A DNA stretch of 64,000 nt, taken from NCBI GenBank assembly GCA_012411765.1, contig GCA_012411765.1_3031.1. One strand, written 5' to 3'. This DNA is from a phage. The notes beneath the pieces are model-generated. The model ran no database searches and was not told the origin of the DNA. It saw nothing but the letters and a program-made list of their open reading frames with translations. Position numbers and translations under genes: made by a program. Below, one piece after another: positions 1 through 11,789 of this stretch (the stretch's first letter is position 1; the number at the start of each line of letters is the position of its first letter).

Positions 1-1373
1 CTGCTATGACAGCGGTTGACTTTCAAACAAATCTTAAAAAATACGGAATTCCAGGAGTAGTAGCTCTTTATCCAGGCGAATTAGGCGATAAAATTGAAAT
101 TGAAATCGTATCTAAAGCTGACTACGCAAAAGGAGCTTCTGCATTACTCCCAATTTATCCAGGTGGTGGTACTCGTGCATCTACTGCTAAAGCAGTGTTT
201 GGATATGGACCACAAACTGATTCACAGTATGCTATTATAGTTCGTCGTAATGATGCTATTGTTCAAAGCGTTGTTCTTTCAACTAAGCGTGGTGAAAAAG
301 ATATTTACGATAGTAACATCTATATCGATGACTTTTTCGCAAAAGGTGGTTCAGAATATATTTTTGCAACTGCACAAAACTGGCCAGAAGGCTTCTCTGG
401 AATTTTAACTCTGTCTGGTGGATTATCATCAAATGCTGAAGTAACAGCAGGAGATTTGATGGAAGCTTGGGACTTCTTTGCTGACCGTGAATCCGTTGAT
501 GTTCAACTGTTTATTGCGGGTTCTTGTGCCGGTGAATCTTTAGAAACAGCATCTACTGTCCAAAAACACGTCGTTTCAATTGGGGATGCTCGCCAAGATT
601 GCTTAGTATTATGCTCTCCTCCGCGTGAAACTGTAGTTGGAATTCCTGTAACTCGTGCTGTTGATAACTTAGTCAATTGGAGAACTGCAGCAGGTTCATA
701 CACTGATAATAATTTTAATATCAGTTCAACCTATGCAGCAATCGACGGCAACTACAAATATCAGTATGACAAATATAATGATGTGAATCGTTGGGTTCCA
801 TTAGCAGCTGATATTGCTGGTTTATGCGCGAGAACCGATAACGTTTCTCAGACTTGGATGTCTCCAGCTGGTTATAATCGTGGCCAAATTTTGAACGTTA
901 TTAAACTGGCTATTGAAACTCGCCAAGCTCAGCGCGACCGTTTATACCAAGAAGCTATCAACCCAGTAACTGGTACAGGTGGTGATGGTTACGTATTGTA
1001 TGGTGATAAAACAGCTACTTCTGTTCCTTCTCCGTTTGATCGTATTAACGTTCGTCGTCTGTTTAATATGTTGAAAACGAATATCGGACGTAGTTCAAAA
1101 TATCGTTTGTTCGAATTAAACAATGCGTTTACTCGTTCATCATTCCGCACAGAAACTGCCCAGTACTTACAGGGAATTAAAGCTCTCGGTGGAATTTATG
1201 AATATCGTGTAGTTTGCGATACAACAAATAACACTCCGTCAGTAATTGATAGAAATGAGTTTGTTGCAACATTCTACATCCAACCGGCTAGAAGCATTAA
1301 CTACATTACCTTAAACTTCGTAGCAACTGCTACCGGTGCAGATTTCGATGAGTTAACTGGTCTTGCAGGTTAA
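1..1373 (+). CDS. 18: Tail sheath protein gp18, C-terminal ~455 aa (5' end of gene lies outside window)
   Basis: ORF runs from window edge; sequence and position (upstream of gp19) match T4 gp18 C-terminus. Confidence 0.9.
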   Translation, partial: AMTAVDFQTNLKKYGIPGVVALYPGELGDKIEIEIVSKADYAKGASALLPIYPGGGTRASTAKAVFGYGPQTDSQYAIIVRRNDAIVQSVVLSTKRGEKDIYDSNIYIDDFFAKGGSEYIFATAQNWPEGFSGILTLSGGLSSNAEVTAGDLMEAWDFFADRESVDVQLFIAGSCAGESLETASTVQKHVVSIGDARQDCLVLCSPPRETVVGIPVTRAVDNLVNWRTAAGSYTDNNFNISSTYAAIDGNYKYQYDKYNDVNRWVPLAADIAGLCARTDNVSQTWMSPAGYNRGQILNVIKLAIETRQAQRDRLYQEAINPVTGTGGDGYVLYGDKTATSVPSPFDRINVRRLFNMLKTNIGRSSKYRLFELNNAFTRSSFRTETAQYLQGIKALGGIYEYRVVCDTTNNTPSVIDRNEFVATFYIQPARSINYITLNFVATATGADFDELTGLAG

Positions 1374-1408
1374 TACGGTGCATTCTAAAGGCCTGTTTCG
1401 GCAGGCCA

Positions 1409-1416
1409 TATAAATA
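1409..1416 (+). promoter_or_regulatory. Late promoter TATAAATA (one of two upstream of gene 19; second at 1468-1475)
   Basis: Exact TATAAATA octamers in gp18-gp19 intergenic region. Confidence 0.55.
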
Positions 1417-1489
1417 CACTATATCCTTAATTCTTTAATTCTATATGCCCTAGGTTAAACATAGGGATATAAATACTACAGAGGCTAAT

Positions 1490-1981
1490 ATGTTTGTAGA
1501 TGATGTAACACGAGCGTTTGAATCTGGTGATTTTGCTCGACCTAACTTATTCCAAGTAGAAATTTCTTATCTTGGACAAAATTTTACGTTTCAATGTAAA
1601 GCCACTGCTTTACCAGCTGGTATTGTAGAAAAAATTCCAGTCGGATTTATGAACCGTAAAATTAACGTAGCAGGCGATCGTACATTCGATGACTGGACTG
1701 TTACAGTAATGAACGATGAGGCGCATGATGCTCGCCAGAAGTTTGTTGATTGGCAAAGCATTGCTGCAGGACAAGGAAACGAAATTACTGGTGGAAAACC
1801 TGCAGAGTATAAAAAGAGCGCTATCGTTCGTCAATATGCTCGTGACGCTAAAACAGTAACAAAAGAAATTGAAATTAAAGGTCTGTGGCCTACTAACGTG
1901 GGTGAACTTCAATTAGATTGGGATTCAAACAATGAAATCCAAACCTTTGAAGTAACTCTTGCTCTCGATTATTGGGAATAA
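1490..1981 (+). CDS. 19: Tail tube protein gp19 (163 aa)
   Basis: 163 aa, same length and order as T4 gp19; late promoter just upstream. Confidence 0.93.
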   Translation: MFVDDVTRAFESGDFARPNLFQVEISYLGQNFTFQCKATALPAGIVEKIPVGFMNRKINVAGDRTFDDWTVTVMNDEAHDARQKFVDWQSIAAGQGNEITGGKPAEYKKSAIVRQYARDAKTVTKEIEIKGLWPTNVGELQLDWDSNNEIQTFEVTLALDYWE

Positions 1982-2013
1982 AATGAATGGGGAGAAATCC
2001 CCATCCTGCTTAA

Positions 2014-3638
<1,625 letters not shown>

Positions 3639-3639
<1 letters not shown>

Positions 3640-3893
3640 TGGAAGGTTTAATTGAAGCTATTAAATCAAACGACCTCGTAGCCGCTCGTAAATTATTTGC
3701 TGAAGCCATGGCTGCAAGAACGATTGATTTAATTAAAGAAGAAAAAATTGCTATCGCTCGTAATTTCTTAATTGAAGGTGAAGAACCTGAAGACGAGGAT
3801 GAAGATGAAGATGATGACGAAGATAGCGATGATAAAGACGACAAAAAAGACAAAGACTCTGATGAAGATGACGAAGACGAGGATGATGAATAA
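3639..3893 (+). CDS. 67: Prohead core protein gp67 with extremely acidic D/E-rich C-terminal tail
   Basis: Small protein between gp20 and gp68, start overlaps gp20 stop (TAATG); D/E run. Confidence 0.85.
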
Positions 3894-4318
3894 TGCTTCT
3901 GATCCCTGAAACTCATGAATTAGTTCTCGAGAATGTCGAAGCACTTATTCCTGAAGCACAGGGTCGCTTCGACGAATTGTCTTCTGCTTTAAATAAAGAC
4001 GATATAAATACAATTGTCGAGAATATGCTTGATGATGAAACTGATTTAGCGGTTGCATTAGCTTCTATTAATGAAAATATGCCACTAAATGAATTTATCG
4101 TTAAACATGTTTCCGCCCGTGGTGAAATTACACGTACCAAAGATCGCAAAACGCGTGAACGTAATGCATTTCAAACCACCGGGCTGTCTAAAGCAAAACG
4201 TAGACAAATTGCTCGTAAAGCTACCAAAACGAAGATTGCCAATCCAGCAGGTCAATCTCGTGCTCAGCGTAAGCGTAAAAAAGCTCTTAAACGCCGTAAA
4301 GCATTAGGATTAAGCTAA
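3893..4318 (+). CDS. 68: Prohead core protein gp68 (141 aa)
   Basis: Position between gp67 and gp21; basic C-terminus; overlapping start/stop. Confidence 0.85.
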
Positions 4319-4956
4319 TGAATGAACCCCAATTACTAATTGAAACTTGGGGTCAACCTGGCGAAATTATTGATGGCGTACCAATGCTTGAATCTCATGA
4401 TGGAAAAGACTTAGGTTTAAAACCGGGTTTATACATCGAAGGAATATTCATGCAAGCGGAAGTCGTCAATAGAAATAAACGTCTTTATCCAAAACGCATA
4501 TTAGAAAAAGCGGTAAAAGACTATATTAATGAGCAAGTTTTAACTAAACAAGCTCTCGGAGAATTAAATCATCCTCCACGCGCTAATGTTGACCCGATGC
4601 AAGCCGCTATCATTATAGAAGATATGTGGTGGAAAGGAAATGACGTATACGGACGAGCTCGTGTTATTGAAGGTGACCACGGTCCTGGAGATAAATTAGC
4701 AGCTAATATTCGTGCCGGATGGATTCCAGGAGTTTCTTCTCGTGGATTAGGTTCATTGACTGACACAAATAAAGGTTATCGTATCGTAAACGAAGGATTC
4801 AAATTAACTGTAGGTGTTGATGCAGTATGGGGTCCAAGTGCTCCAGATGCATGGGTAACTCCTAAGGAAATTACCGAATCACAGACGGCGGAAGCCGATA
4901 CAAGTGCCGATGACGCCTATATGGCTCTCGCAGAGGCCATGAAAAAAGCGTTATAA
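4318..4956 (+). CDS. 21: Prohead core protein and maturation protease gp21 (212 aa)
   Basis: 212 aa, same as T4 gp21; position before scaffold gp22. Confidence 0.93.
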   Translation: MNEPQLLIETWGQPGEIIDGVPMLESHDGKDLGLKPGLYIEGIFMQAEVVNRNKRLYPKRILEKAVKDYINEQVLTKQALGELNHPPRANVDPMQAAIIIEDMWWKGNDVYGRARVIEGDHGPGDKLAANIRAGWIPGVSSRGLGSLTDTNKGYRIVNEGFKLTVGVDAVWGPSAPDAWVTPKEITESQTAEADTSADDAYMALAEAMKKAL

Positions 4957-4986
4957 ATATTATTATCTAAACAACAGGACTACAAA

Positions 4987-5796
4987 ATGCTTAAAGAACA
5001 ACTGATTGCCGAAGCGCAGAAAATTGATGCTTCCGTTGCTCTTGATAGTATTTTCGAATCAGTTAATATTTCTCCGGAAGCAAAAGAAACTTTCGGCACT
5101 GTATTCGAAGCTACCGTCAAGCAGCACGCCGTTAAATTAGCTGAATCTCATATCGCTAAAATTGCTGAAAAAGCAGAAGAAGAAGTAGAAAAAAATAAAG
5201 AAGAAGCCGAAGAAAAAGCTGAGAAGAAAATCGCTGAGCAAGCTTCTAAATTCATTGACCATCTTGCGAAAGAATGGCTCGCTGAAAATAAATTAGCAGT
5301 TGATAAAGGCATCAAAGCCGAACTGTTTGAATCCATGCTTGGTGGATTAAAAGAGCTCTTTGTTGAACACAACGTTGTTGTTCCAGAAGAATCAGTTGAT
5401 GTTGTAGCTGAAATGGAAGAAGAGCTGCAAGAACATAAAGAAGAATCAGCTCGTCTGTTCGAAGAACTCAATAAGCGTGACGCATATATCAATTATGTGC
5501 AGCGTGAAGTGGCATTGAGCGAAAGTACTAAAGATCTGACCGAGTCTCAAAAAGAAAAAGTCTCTGCTCTGGTCGAAGGTATGGATTATTCAGATGCATT
5601 CTCAAGTAAATTGAGTGCAATCGTAGAAATGGTGAAGAAATCTAATAAAGATGAAAGCACTATTACTGAGAGTATAAATACTCCTGATACTGAAGCAGCC
5701 GGACTGAATTTCGTCACTGAAGCTGTAGAAGATAAAGCTGCACAGGGTGCAGAAGATATTGTAAGTGTATATGCGAAAGTCGCATCTCGTTTCTAA
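4987..5796 (+). CDS. 22: Prohead scaffold core protein gp22 (269 aa), coiled-coil, E/K rich
   Basis: 269 aa; charged helical composition; immediately upstream of gp23. Confidence 0.93.
   Translation: MLKEQLIAEAQKIDASVALDSIFESVNISPEAKETFGTVFEATVKQHAVKLAESHIAKIAEKAEEEVEKNKEEAEEKAEKKIAEQASKFIDHLAKEWLAENKLAVDKGIKAELFESMLGGLKELFVEHNVVVPEESVDVVAEMEEELQEHKEESARLFEELNKRDAYINYVQREVALSESTKDLTESQKEKVSALVEGMDYSDAFSSKLSAIVEMVKKSNKDESTITESINTPDTEAAGLNFVTEAVEDKAAQGAEDIVSVYAKVASRF
5683..5690 (+). promoter_or_regulatory. Late promoter TATAAATA inside 3' end of gene 22, upstream of gene 23
   Basis: Exact octamer about 125 nt upstream of gp23 ATG. Confidence 0.45.
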
Positions 5797-5814
5797 TTTT
5801 AAAGGTTAACACAA

Positions 5815-7380
5815 ATGACTATCAAAACTAAAGCTGAACTTTTGAACAAATGGAAGCCATTACTGGAAGGTGAAGGTTTACCGGAAATTGCTAATAGCAA
5901 ACAAGCGATTATCGCTAAAATCTTTGAAAACCAGGAAAAAGATTTCCAGACAGCTCCGGAATATAAAGACGAAAAAATTGCTCAGGCATTCGGTTCTTTC
6001 TTAACAGAAGCTGAAATCGGTGGTGACCACGGTTACAATGCTACCAACATCGCTGCAGGTCAGACTTCTGGCGCAGTAACTCAGATTGGCCCAGCTGTTA
6101 TGGGTATGGTACGTCGTGCTATTCCTAACCTGATTGCTTTCGATATTTGTGGTGTTCAGCCGATGAACAGCCCGACTGGCCAGGTATTCGCACTGCGCGC
6201 AGTATATGGTAAAGACCCAATCGCTTCCGGCGCTAAAGAAGCATTCCACCCAATGTATGGTCCAGATGCAATGTTCTCTGGTCAGGGTGCTGCTAAGAAA
6301 TTCCCAGCTCTGGCTGCTAGCACGCAAACTACAGTAGGTGATATCTATACTCACTTCTTCCAGGACACTGGTACTGTGTATCTGCAAGCTTCTGCTCAAG
6401 TAACAATTAGTTCTACTGCAGATGATGCAGCTAAATTAGATGCTGAAATTAAGAAACAAATGGAAGCTGGTGTACTGGTAGAAATCGCAGAAGGTATGGC
6501 TACTTCTATCGCTGAACTTCAGGAAGGTTTCAACGGTTCTACCGATAACCCATGGAATGAAATGGGCTTCCGTATCGATAAACAAGTTATCGAAGCTAAA
6601 TCTCGCCAGCTGAAAGCTGCTTACTCTATCGAATTAGCACAAGACCTCCGCGCTGTTCACGGTATGGATGCTGATGCTGAACTGTCTGGTATTCTGGCTA
6701 CAGAAATTATGCTGGAAATCAACCGTGAAGTTGTTGATTGGATTAACTACTCAGCTCAGGTTGGTAAATCTGGTATGACCCTGACTCCGGGTTCTAAAGC
6801 TGGTGTATTTGACTTCCAGGACCCAATCGATATTCGTGGTGCTCGCTGGGCGGGTGAATCCTTTAAAGCTCTGTTGTTCCAGATTGACAAAGAAGCAGTT
6901 GAAATTGCTCGTCAGACCGGTCGTGGTGAAGGTAACTTCATTATCGCTTCCCGTAACGTAGTTAACGTTCTGGCTTCAGTTGATACCGGCATTTCTTATG
7001 CTGCACAGGGTCTGGCTACCGGCTTTAACACTGATACTACCAAGTCAGTATTTGCTGGTGTTCTGGGTGGTAAATACCGCGTATATATCGACCAGTATGC
7101 TAAACAGGATTATTTCACTGTAGGTTATAAAGGTCCGAACGAAATGGATGCTGGTATTTACTATGCTCCATATGTAGCTCTGACTCCGCTGCGTGGTTCT
7201 GATCCGAAGAACTTCCAACCGGTAATGGGATTCAAAACTCGTTACGGTATCGGTATCAACCCATTTGCAGAATCCGCTGCTCAGGCTCCGGCTTCTCGCA
7301 TCCAGAGCGGTATGCCTTCTATTCTGAACAGCCTTGGTAAAAACGCTTACTTCCGCCGTGTATATGTTAAAGGTATCTAA
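5815..7380 (+). CDS. 23: Major capsid protein gp23 (521 aa)
   Basis: N-terminus MTIKTKAELLNKWKPLLEGEGLPEIANSK and length 521 aa match T4 gp23. Confidence 0.98.
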   Translation: MTIKTKAELLNKWKPLLEGEGLPEIANSKQAIIAKIFENQEKDFQTAPEYKDEKIAQAFGSFLTEAEIGGDHGYNATNIAAGQTSGAVTQIGPAVMGMVRRAIPNLIAFDICGVQPMNSPTGQVFALRAVYGKDPIASGAKEAFHPMYGPDAMFSGQGAAKKFPALAASTQTTVGDIYTHFFQDTGTVYLQASAQVTISSTADDAAKLDAEIKKQMEAGVLVEIAEGMATSIAELQEGFNGSTDNPWNEMGFRIDKQVIEAKSRQLKAAYSIELAQDLRAVHGMDADAELSGILATEIMLEINREVVDWINYSAQVGKSGMTLTPGSKAGVFDFQDPIDIRGARWAGESFKALLFQIDKEAVEIARQTGRGEGNFIIASRNVVNVLASVDTGISYAAQGLATGFNTDTTKSVFAGVLGGKYRVYIDQYAKQDYFTVGYKGPNEMDAGIYYAPYVALTPLRGSDPKNFQPVMGFKTRYGIGINPFAESAAQAPASRIQSGMPSILNSLGKNAYFRRVYVKGI

Positions 7381-7394
7381 TCTTTGACGATTTA

Positions 7395-7418
7395 AGGGAC
7401 CTTCGGGTCCCTTTAGTT
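7395..7418 (+). terminator. Intrinsic terminator after gene 23
   Basis: AGGGACC-TTCG-GGTCCCT followed by T-rich run. Confidence 0.7.
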
Positions 7419-7428
7419 GTTTTTATGG

Positions 7429-7436
7429 TATAAATA
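7429..7436 (+). promoter_or_regulatory. Late promoter TATAAATA for gene 24
   Basis: Exact octamer about 28 nt upstream of gp24 ATG. Confidence 0.6.
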
Positions 7437-7463
7437 AATCATATAAACCAAAAGGAAAGCGCA

Positions 7464-8747
7464 ATGGCTAAAATCAACGAACTTCTGCGCGAATCAACCA
7501 CAACGAATAGCAACTCAATCGGTCGCCCAAATCTCGTTGCTTTGACTCGCGCTACCACTAAATTAATATATTCTGACATTGTAGCAACGCAAAGAACTAA
7601 TCAACCTGTTGCTGCTTTTTATGGTATCAAATACCTTAACCCAGATAACGAATTTACATTTAAAACTGGTGCTACTTACGCTGGCGAAGCTGGATATGTA
7701 GACCGAGAACAAATCACAGAATTAACAGAAGAGTCTAAATTAACTCTCAATAAAGGCGATTTATTCAAATATAATAATATCGTTTATAAAGTATTAGAAG
7801 ATACACCATTTGCTGATATTGAAGAAAGCGATTTAGAATTAGCTCTTCAGATTGCAATTGTTCTTTTAAAGGTTCGTCTATTTTCTGACGCAGCGTCAAC
7901 AAGCAAATTTGAAAGCTCTGATAGCGAAATTGCGGATGCTAGATTCCAGATTAATAAATGGCAAACCGCAGTTAAATCTCGTAAACTTAAAACTGGTATC
8001 ACAGTTGAATTAGCACAAGATTTAGAAGCAAATGGATTCGATGCTCCTAATTTCTTGGAAGATTTGCTTGCAACTGAAATGGCAGATGAAATCAATAAAG
8101 ATATTCTACAGTCTTTGATTACAGTGTCAAAACGCTATAAAGTTACAGGAATTACTGATAGTGGATTCATCGATTTGAGTTATGCATCTGCTCCTGAAGC
8201 TGGTCGTTCATTATACCGAATGGTATGTGAAATGGTTTCGCATATCCAAAAAGAATCAACTTATACAGCAACGTTCTGTGTAGCTTCTGCTCGTGCTGCT
8301 GCTATTCTTGCTGCTTCAGGTTGGTTAAAACATAAACCAGAAGATGACAAATATCTTTCACAAAATGCCTATGGGTTCTTAGCTAATGGTTTACCGCTTT
8401 ATTGCGATACCAACAGCCCATTAGATTATGTAATCGTTGGCGTAGTAGAAAATATCGGTGAAAAAGAAATTGTTGGTTCAATTTTCTATGCTCCGTATAC
8501 AGAAGGTCTTGACTTAGATGACCCTGAACATGTGGGTGCATTTAAAGTTGTTGTTGATCCAGAAAGCTTACAACCGTCTATCGGTTTATTAGTTAGATAT
8601 GCTTTATCAGCAAATCCTTATACTGTAGCAAAAGATGAAAAAGAAGCAAGAATAATTGACGGTGGAGACATGGATAAAATGGCGGGTCGTTCAGATTTGT
8701 CTGTTTTATTAGGTGTTAAATTACCAAAAATTATTATTGATGAATAA
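7464..8747 (+). CDS. 24: Capsid vertex protein gp24 (427 aa)
   Basis: 427 aa, gp23 paralog immediately downstream, late promoter upstream. Confidence 0.95.
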   Translation: MAKINELLRESTTTNSNSIGRPNLVALTRATTKLIYSDIVATQRTNQPVAAFYGIKYLNPDNEFTFKTGATYAGEAGYVDREQITELTEESKLTLNKGDLFKYNNIVYKVLEDTPFADIEESDLELALQIAIVLLKVRLFSDAASTSKFESSDSEIADARFQINKWQTAVKSRKLKTGITVELAQDLEANGFDAPNFLEDLLATEMADEINKDILQSLITVSKRYKVTGITDSGFIDLSYASAPEAGRSLYRMVCEMVSHIQKESTYTATFCVASARAAAILAASGWLKHKPEDDKYLSQNAYGFLANGLPLYCDTNSPLDYVIVGVVENIGEKEIVGSIFYAPYTEGLDLDDPEHVGAFKVVVDPESLQPSIGLLVRYALSANPYTVAKDEKEARIIDGGDMDKMAGRSDLSVLLGVKLPKIIIDE

Positions 8748-8751
8748 AACA

Positions 8752-8777
8752 AAGGGACCTTTCGGTCCCTTTTTTAT
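8752..8777. terminator. Bidirectional terminator between gene 24 (+) and rnlB (-)
   Basis: AAGGGACC-TTTC-GGTCCCTT followed by TTTTTT. Confidence 0.7.
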
Positions 8778-9782
8778 TTAGCTCACCAACTCAATCCAAG
8801 CTGGACGAAGTACATCTTGCACCATTTTAACTAATTCCTTTTTAATCAAAGAAGGATTATCTGCTTGAGTTAGAGTAATACCTTCACGAGAAGTTTCTTC
8901 CAAAATATCTTGAACAGTTAGCCCCATCACCTTTCCAAAATCCTTTGGACCAATTTCGCCAATTTTAGAAATAACGTTATTTACCCGGTTCAGTGTAACA
9001 TAACAAGCTAAAATTCCAACCAATTTGTTATCAGCTTCTGATAGTTCAACTTTCGCTTTAATAGGCTTATCAGACTTTTTCTTTTCACTAAATTTGGAAT
9101 TCTTGCATTTAATCGCTACACGATTGCGATTAGGCAGCCAAGAAGGATAACAAGGTTTCAATACATATCCTTCAGCGGTAAATACTTCGCCTTTTGCTTC
9201 GGCATTCCAAACGCATTTATTTGCATCAACTAATCCAGCATGGTCTACTGTAAAATTATAATCTTGGACGACAGAATCTAAATCATTTGGCAATTTAATA
9301 AGCTCTTCAAATTTACCGCGACCTAAAAGTGGAGCCATTTTAAATTTAAATGTATTACAGAATGATTCCATCATATAATCGTCGACATAAGTCACATCAC
9401 CACTTTCTGTAGTGACAATAATGTCAAATACATAAAAATCTTTATCGCCATAATCAACATTCTTCTGAATGCCAGGTCCAGCAAATTCGCCAAAAACTTG
9501 ATAAGATACAACCGCTGAAGTTTCCATAATATCTTGTACTGCTTTAATGGAATCAGCGTAATTCTTTAGAATAATTTCATACCCAAAGAAATCTTCAGCA
9601 GGAAGAATCGGTCCAGTACGTTTAGCGCAAGTTACTTTATCACGCTCAATAATCAATGAGAAATTTGTGCCGTGAATCTTTTCACGAGCTACCCATTCGC
9701 CGCTAGTCAATCCCAAGCTGTAAAGTTTTTCAATAAATTTAGAGTTGTAATGATTTTCAAGACTGCTATACTTTTTAAACAT
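8778..9782 (-). CDS. rnlB: RNA ligase 2 (334 aa)
   Basis: 334 aa; nucleotidyltransferase KxHG motif ([10 protein letters not shown]); position after gene 24. Confidence 0.93.
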   Translation of the reverse strand: MFKKYSSLENHYNSKFIEKLYSLGLTSGEWVAREKIHGTNFSLIIERDKVTCAKRTGPILPAEDFFGYEIILKNYADSIKAVQDIMETSAVVSYQVFGEFAGPGIQKNVDYGDKDFYVFDIIVTTESGDVTYVDDYMMESFCNTFKFKMAPLLGRGKFEELIKLPNDLDSVVQDYNFTVDHAGLVDANKCVWNAEAKGEVFTAEGYVLKPCYPSWLPNRNRVAIKCKNSKFSEKKKSDKPIKAKVELSEADNKLVGILACYVTLNRVNNVISKIGEIGPKDFGKVMGLTVQDILEETSREGITLTQADNPSLIKKELVKMVQDVLRPAWIELVS

Positions 9783-9791
9783 AATTAATCC

Positions 9792-10070
9792 TCAAAATGT
9801 AATTTCTAACCAATCACCATCACGCTGATCACTATTGACTTTAAAGCTGAATCCTTCTTTTCTCAGCCAATCACCAATTTCTTCAGTAATCAATTTATCA
9901 CGAGCAATACAATAATAATTAAAATGTGTTTTACCTTGTTCAGCTGCTTTATTAGCAAGTTCCGAAAAATCTTTAATAAAACACTCTAGCTTAAACTGTT
10001 TACTTTTGAATGCTTTTTCGCGTAATTGATTAGCAAAAGATTCATTTTCATAAAGATCATACTGTTCCAT
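9792..10070 (-). CDS. 24.2: Hypothetical protein (T4 24.2 position)
   Basis: ATG-start ORF, packed between rnlB and 24.3. Confidence 0.6.
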   Translation of the reverse strand: MEQYDLYENESFANQLREKAFKSKQFKLECFIKDFSELANKAAEQGKTHFNYYCIARDKLITEEIGDWLRKEGFSFKVNSDQRDGDWLEITF

Positions 10071-10272
10071 TTCTCACCTTTTTATTGATATGTCTTTTTC
10101 TATAGACGACTTTTTCTCGAGTTTCAAATTTATTTTTAGCAGTCATAGCTCGAGCCCATAATACAGCCACTTCTTTTGCCTGTAAGTTTAATTCACGAGC
10201 AATTTCAATGAATGACTTTCCAGACTCATGAAGAGTAAACACCACAACCTCAGTTCTCATAATCAATCTCAT
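10057..10272 (-). CDS. 24.3: Small predicted helix-turn-helix protein (T4 24.3 position)
   Basis: 71 aa; segment GKSFIEIARELNLQAKEVAVLW resembles sigma-region-4/LuxR-type HTH. Confidence 0.55.
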   Translation of the reverse strand: MRLIMRTEVVVFTLHESGKSFIEIARELNLQAKEVAVLWARAMTAKNKFETREKVVYRKRHINKKVRNGTV

Positions 10273-10361
10273 GTTATCGAGTTGGTGCCATTATATACAT
10301 CATTTTCTGATTGTGTTTTGTGTGCTTTCAAAATGAAGAAAGGGGCCGAAGCCCCTTATGA

Positions 10362-11780
10362 TTATGGATAGGTATAGATGATACCAGTTTCTAAAGCAGT
10401 TTTATGAATGATGTATCCATTACGTGATTCTTGAACATCAACTTCTGGATAGTCTTTCATCATCTTCTGAAGAGTATAACGATGCAGATAGTATTTACTA
10501 TCTGGGTCTTCAGTTTTCCAATCTTTACCTTCTTCGGTCATTTTTTGGATTTCATCCATAACCCACCAACCGCACCAGATGTAAGCTGAAGTACGATGTG
10601 GAAGAGGATGAACATAAGGCAATTCACCTTCTGGTTCTGGAGCAACTTTATCAGTTACCTGAACTTGACCTTCTGCTGTAATAGTTTTGCTATCATAATC
10701 AGCAGCAGTAACAGTTGCAGTAACTTCAATAGTTTGACTTCCAATAGATGAGGTATCAACGGTATATACATTAGTTGACCCTTCTGCAGGAGAAGAATCT
10801 TTCTTCCATGAATATTCAATTTGCGCTTCTTCTGGAGCATCAGTGACATTAGCAGTAAATGTAGCCGAAGCATCTTGTTGAACGTTAATAGAAGGAGGAG
10901 TCAATGTAACCTGTGGATTCATTGTCTTCTTATTAACCGTTAATGATACTTCATTAGAAGTAACTTCCTTTTCATTGTAATTTTCAGCAGTTACTTGAGC
11001 TACGCATTTAATTCTTTTTACTCCACTTGTAGTTGGAGTATAGTTAAATGTAGAGTTAGTTTCTCCACCAACCTGTGAATCATCTACATACCACTGATAC
11101 GTAGCAGATGCTCCAACTGGTTGAGAAGCTAAGGCAGCAGTAAATTGAACTGGGGTTCCAATTACTCCAGCTGAAGGACTATCGGGAGTTACTGCCAAAG
11201 TAGTTGTCTGTGTCTTCTTATTAACAGTCAGCGACACTTCATTAGAAGTAACGCTTAGTGCGTCATAATCTGTTGCGGTTACTTGAGCCACACACTTAAT
11301 TCTTTTTACCCCGCTTTCGGCAGGAGTGTAATTGAACGTGGCGTTAGTTGCTTCGCCCACAGGAGAATCATCTACATACCATTGATAAGTAGCGTTTGCG
11401 CCCGATGGCTGCGAAGCTAAAGCGGCAGTAAATTCAATAGCTGTTCCGATTACTCCAGCGTCAGGGCTATTAGGAGTTACAGCTAAGGTAGTCGTTTGTG
11501 TCTTATTTTGAACTGTGATAGTTGTTGTCGCTTCAGCCGTTTCCGGGCCTCCTTCAGAAAGTGTATTTGTTGCAACTACTTTAATAGTCTTTTGACCGGC
11601 AGGTCCTTTTAGTACATAACTAAAAGTTGCTTCAGCTCCATCTTGTGGAACATCATCTACAGTCCAAGCATAGGTAATAGTTCCGCCTCCAGTTTCACCA
11701 CTGGGTGTAGCAGTAAACTGCTGAGTCTGATCTATAACTCCAGTAGGTGTTTTAGGAGTTATATCAACTGTAAAAGCCAT
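10362..11780 (-). CDS. hoc: Hoc outer capsid decoration protein, 472 aa, with an extra tandemly duplicated Ig-like domain
   Basis: N-terminus MAFTVDITPKTPTGVID, C-terminal capsid-binding region, internal Ig-like repeats. Confidence 0.9.
   Translation of the reverse strand: MAFTVDITPKTPTGVIDQTQQFTATPSGETGGGTITYAWTVDDVPQDGAEATFSYVLKGPAGQKTIKVVATNTLSEGGPETAEATTTITVQNKTQTTTLAVTPNSPDAGVIGTAIEFTAALASQPSGANATYQWYVDDSPVGEATNATFNYTPAESGVKRIKCVAQVTATDYDALSVTSNEVSLTVNKKTQTTTLAVTPDSPSAGVIGTPVQFTAALASQPVGASATYQWYVDDSQVGGETNSTFNYTPTTSGVKRIKCVAQVTAENYNEKEVTSNEVSLTVNKKTMNPQVTLTPPSINVQQDASATFTANVTDAPEEAQIEYSWKKDSSPAEGSTNVYTVDTSSIGSQTIEVTATVTAADYDSKTITAEGQVQVTDKVAPEPEGELPYVHPLPHRTSAYIWCGWWVMDEIQKMTEEGKDWKTEDPDSKYYLHRYTLQKMMKDYPEVDVQESRNGYIIHKTALETGIIYTYP
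10935..11504 (-). repeat. In-frame tandem duplication (2 x ~285 bp, ~95 aa each) inside hoc
   Basis: Two adjacent protein segments starting KTQTTTLAVTP and ending EVSLTVNKK; DNA copies about 75-80% identical by eye. Confidence 0.85.
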
Positions 11781-11789
11781 AAGTTATCC

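Noticed and set aside
1610-1912. 100-aa minus-strand ORF inside gene 19
   Set aside because: Antisense to a confidently identified structural gene; no promoter or ribosome-binding site.
5148-5492. Ser-rich minus-strand ORF inside gene 22
   Set aside because: Antisense artefact of the E/K-rich scaffold gene.
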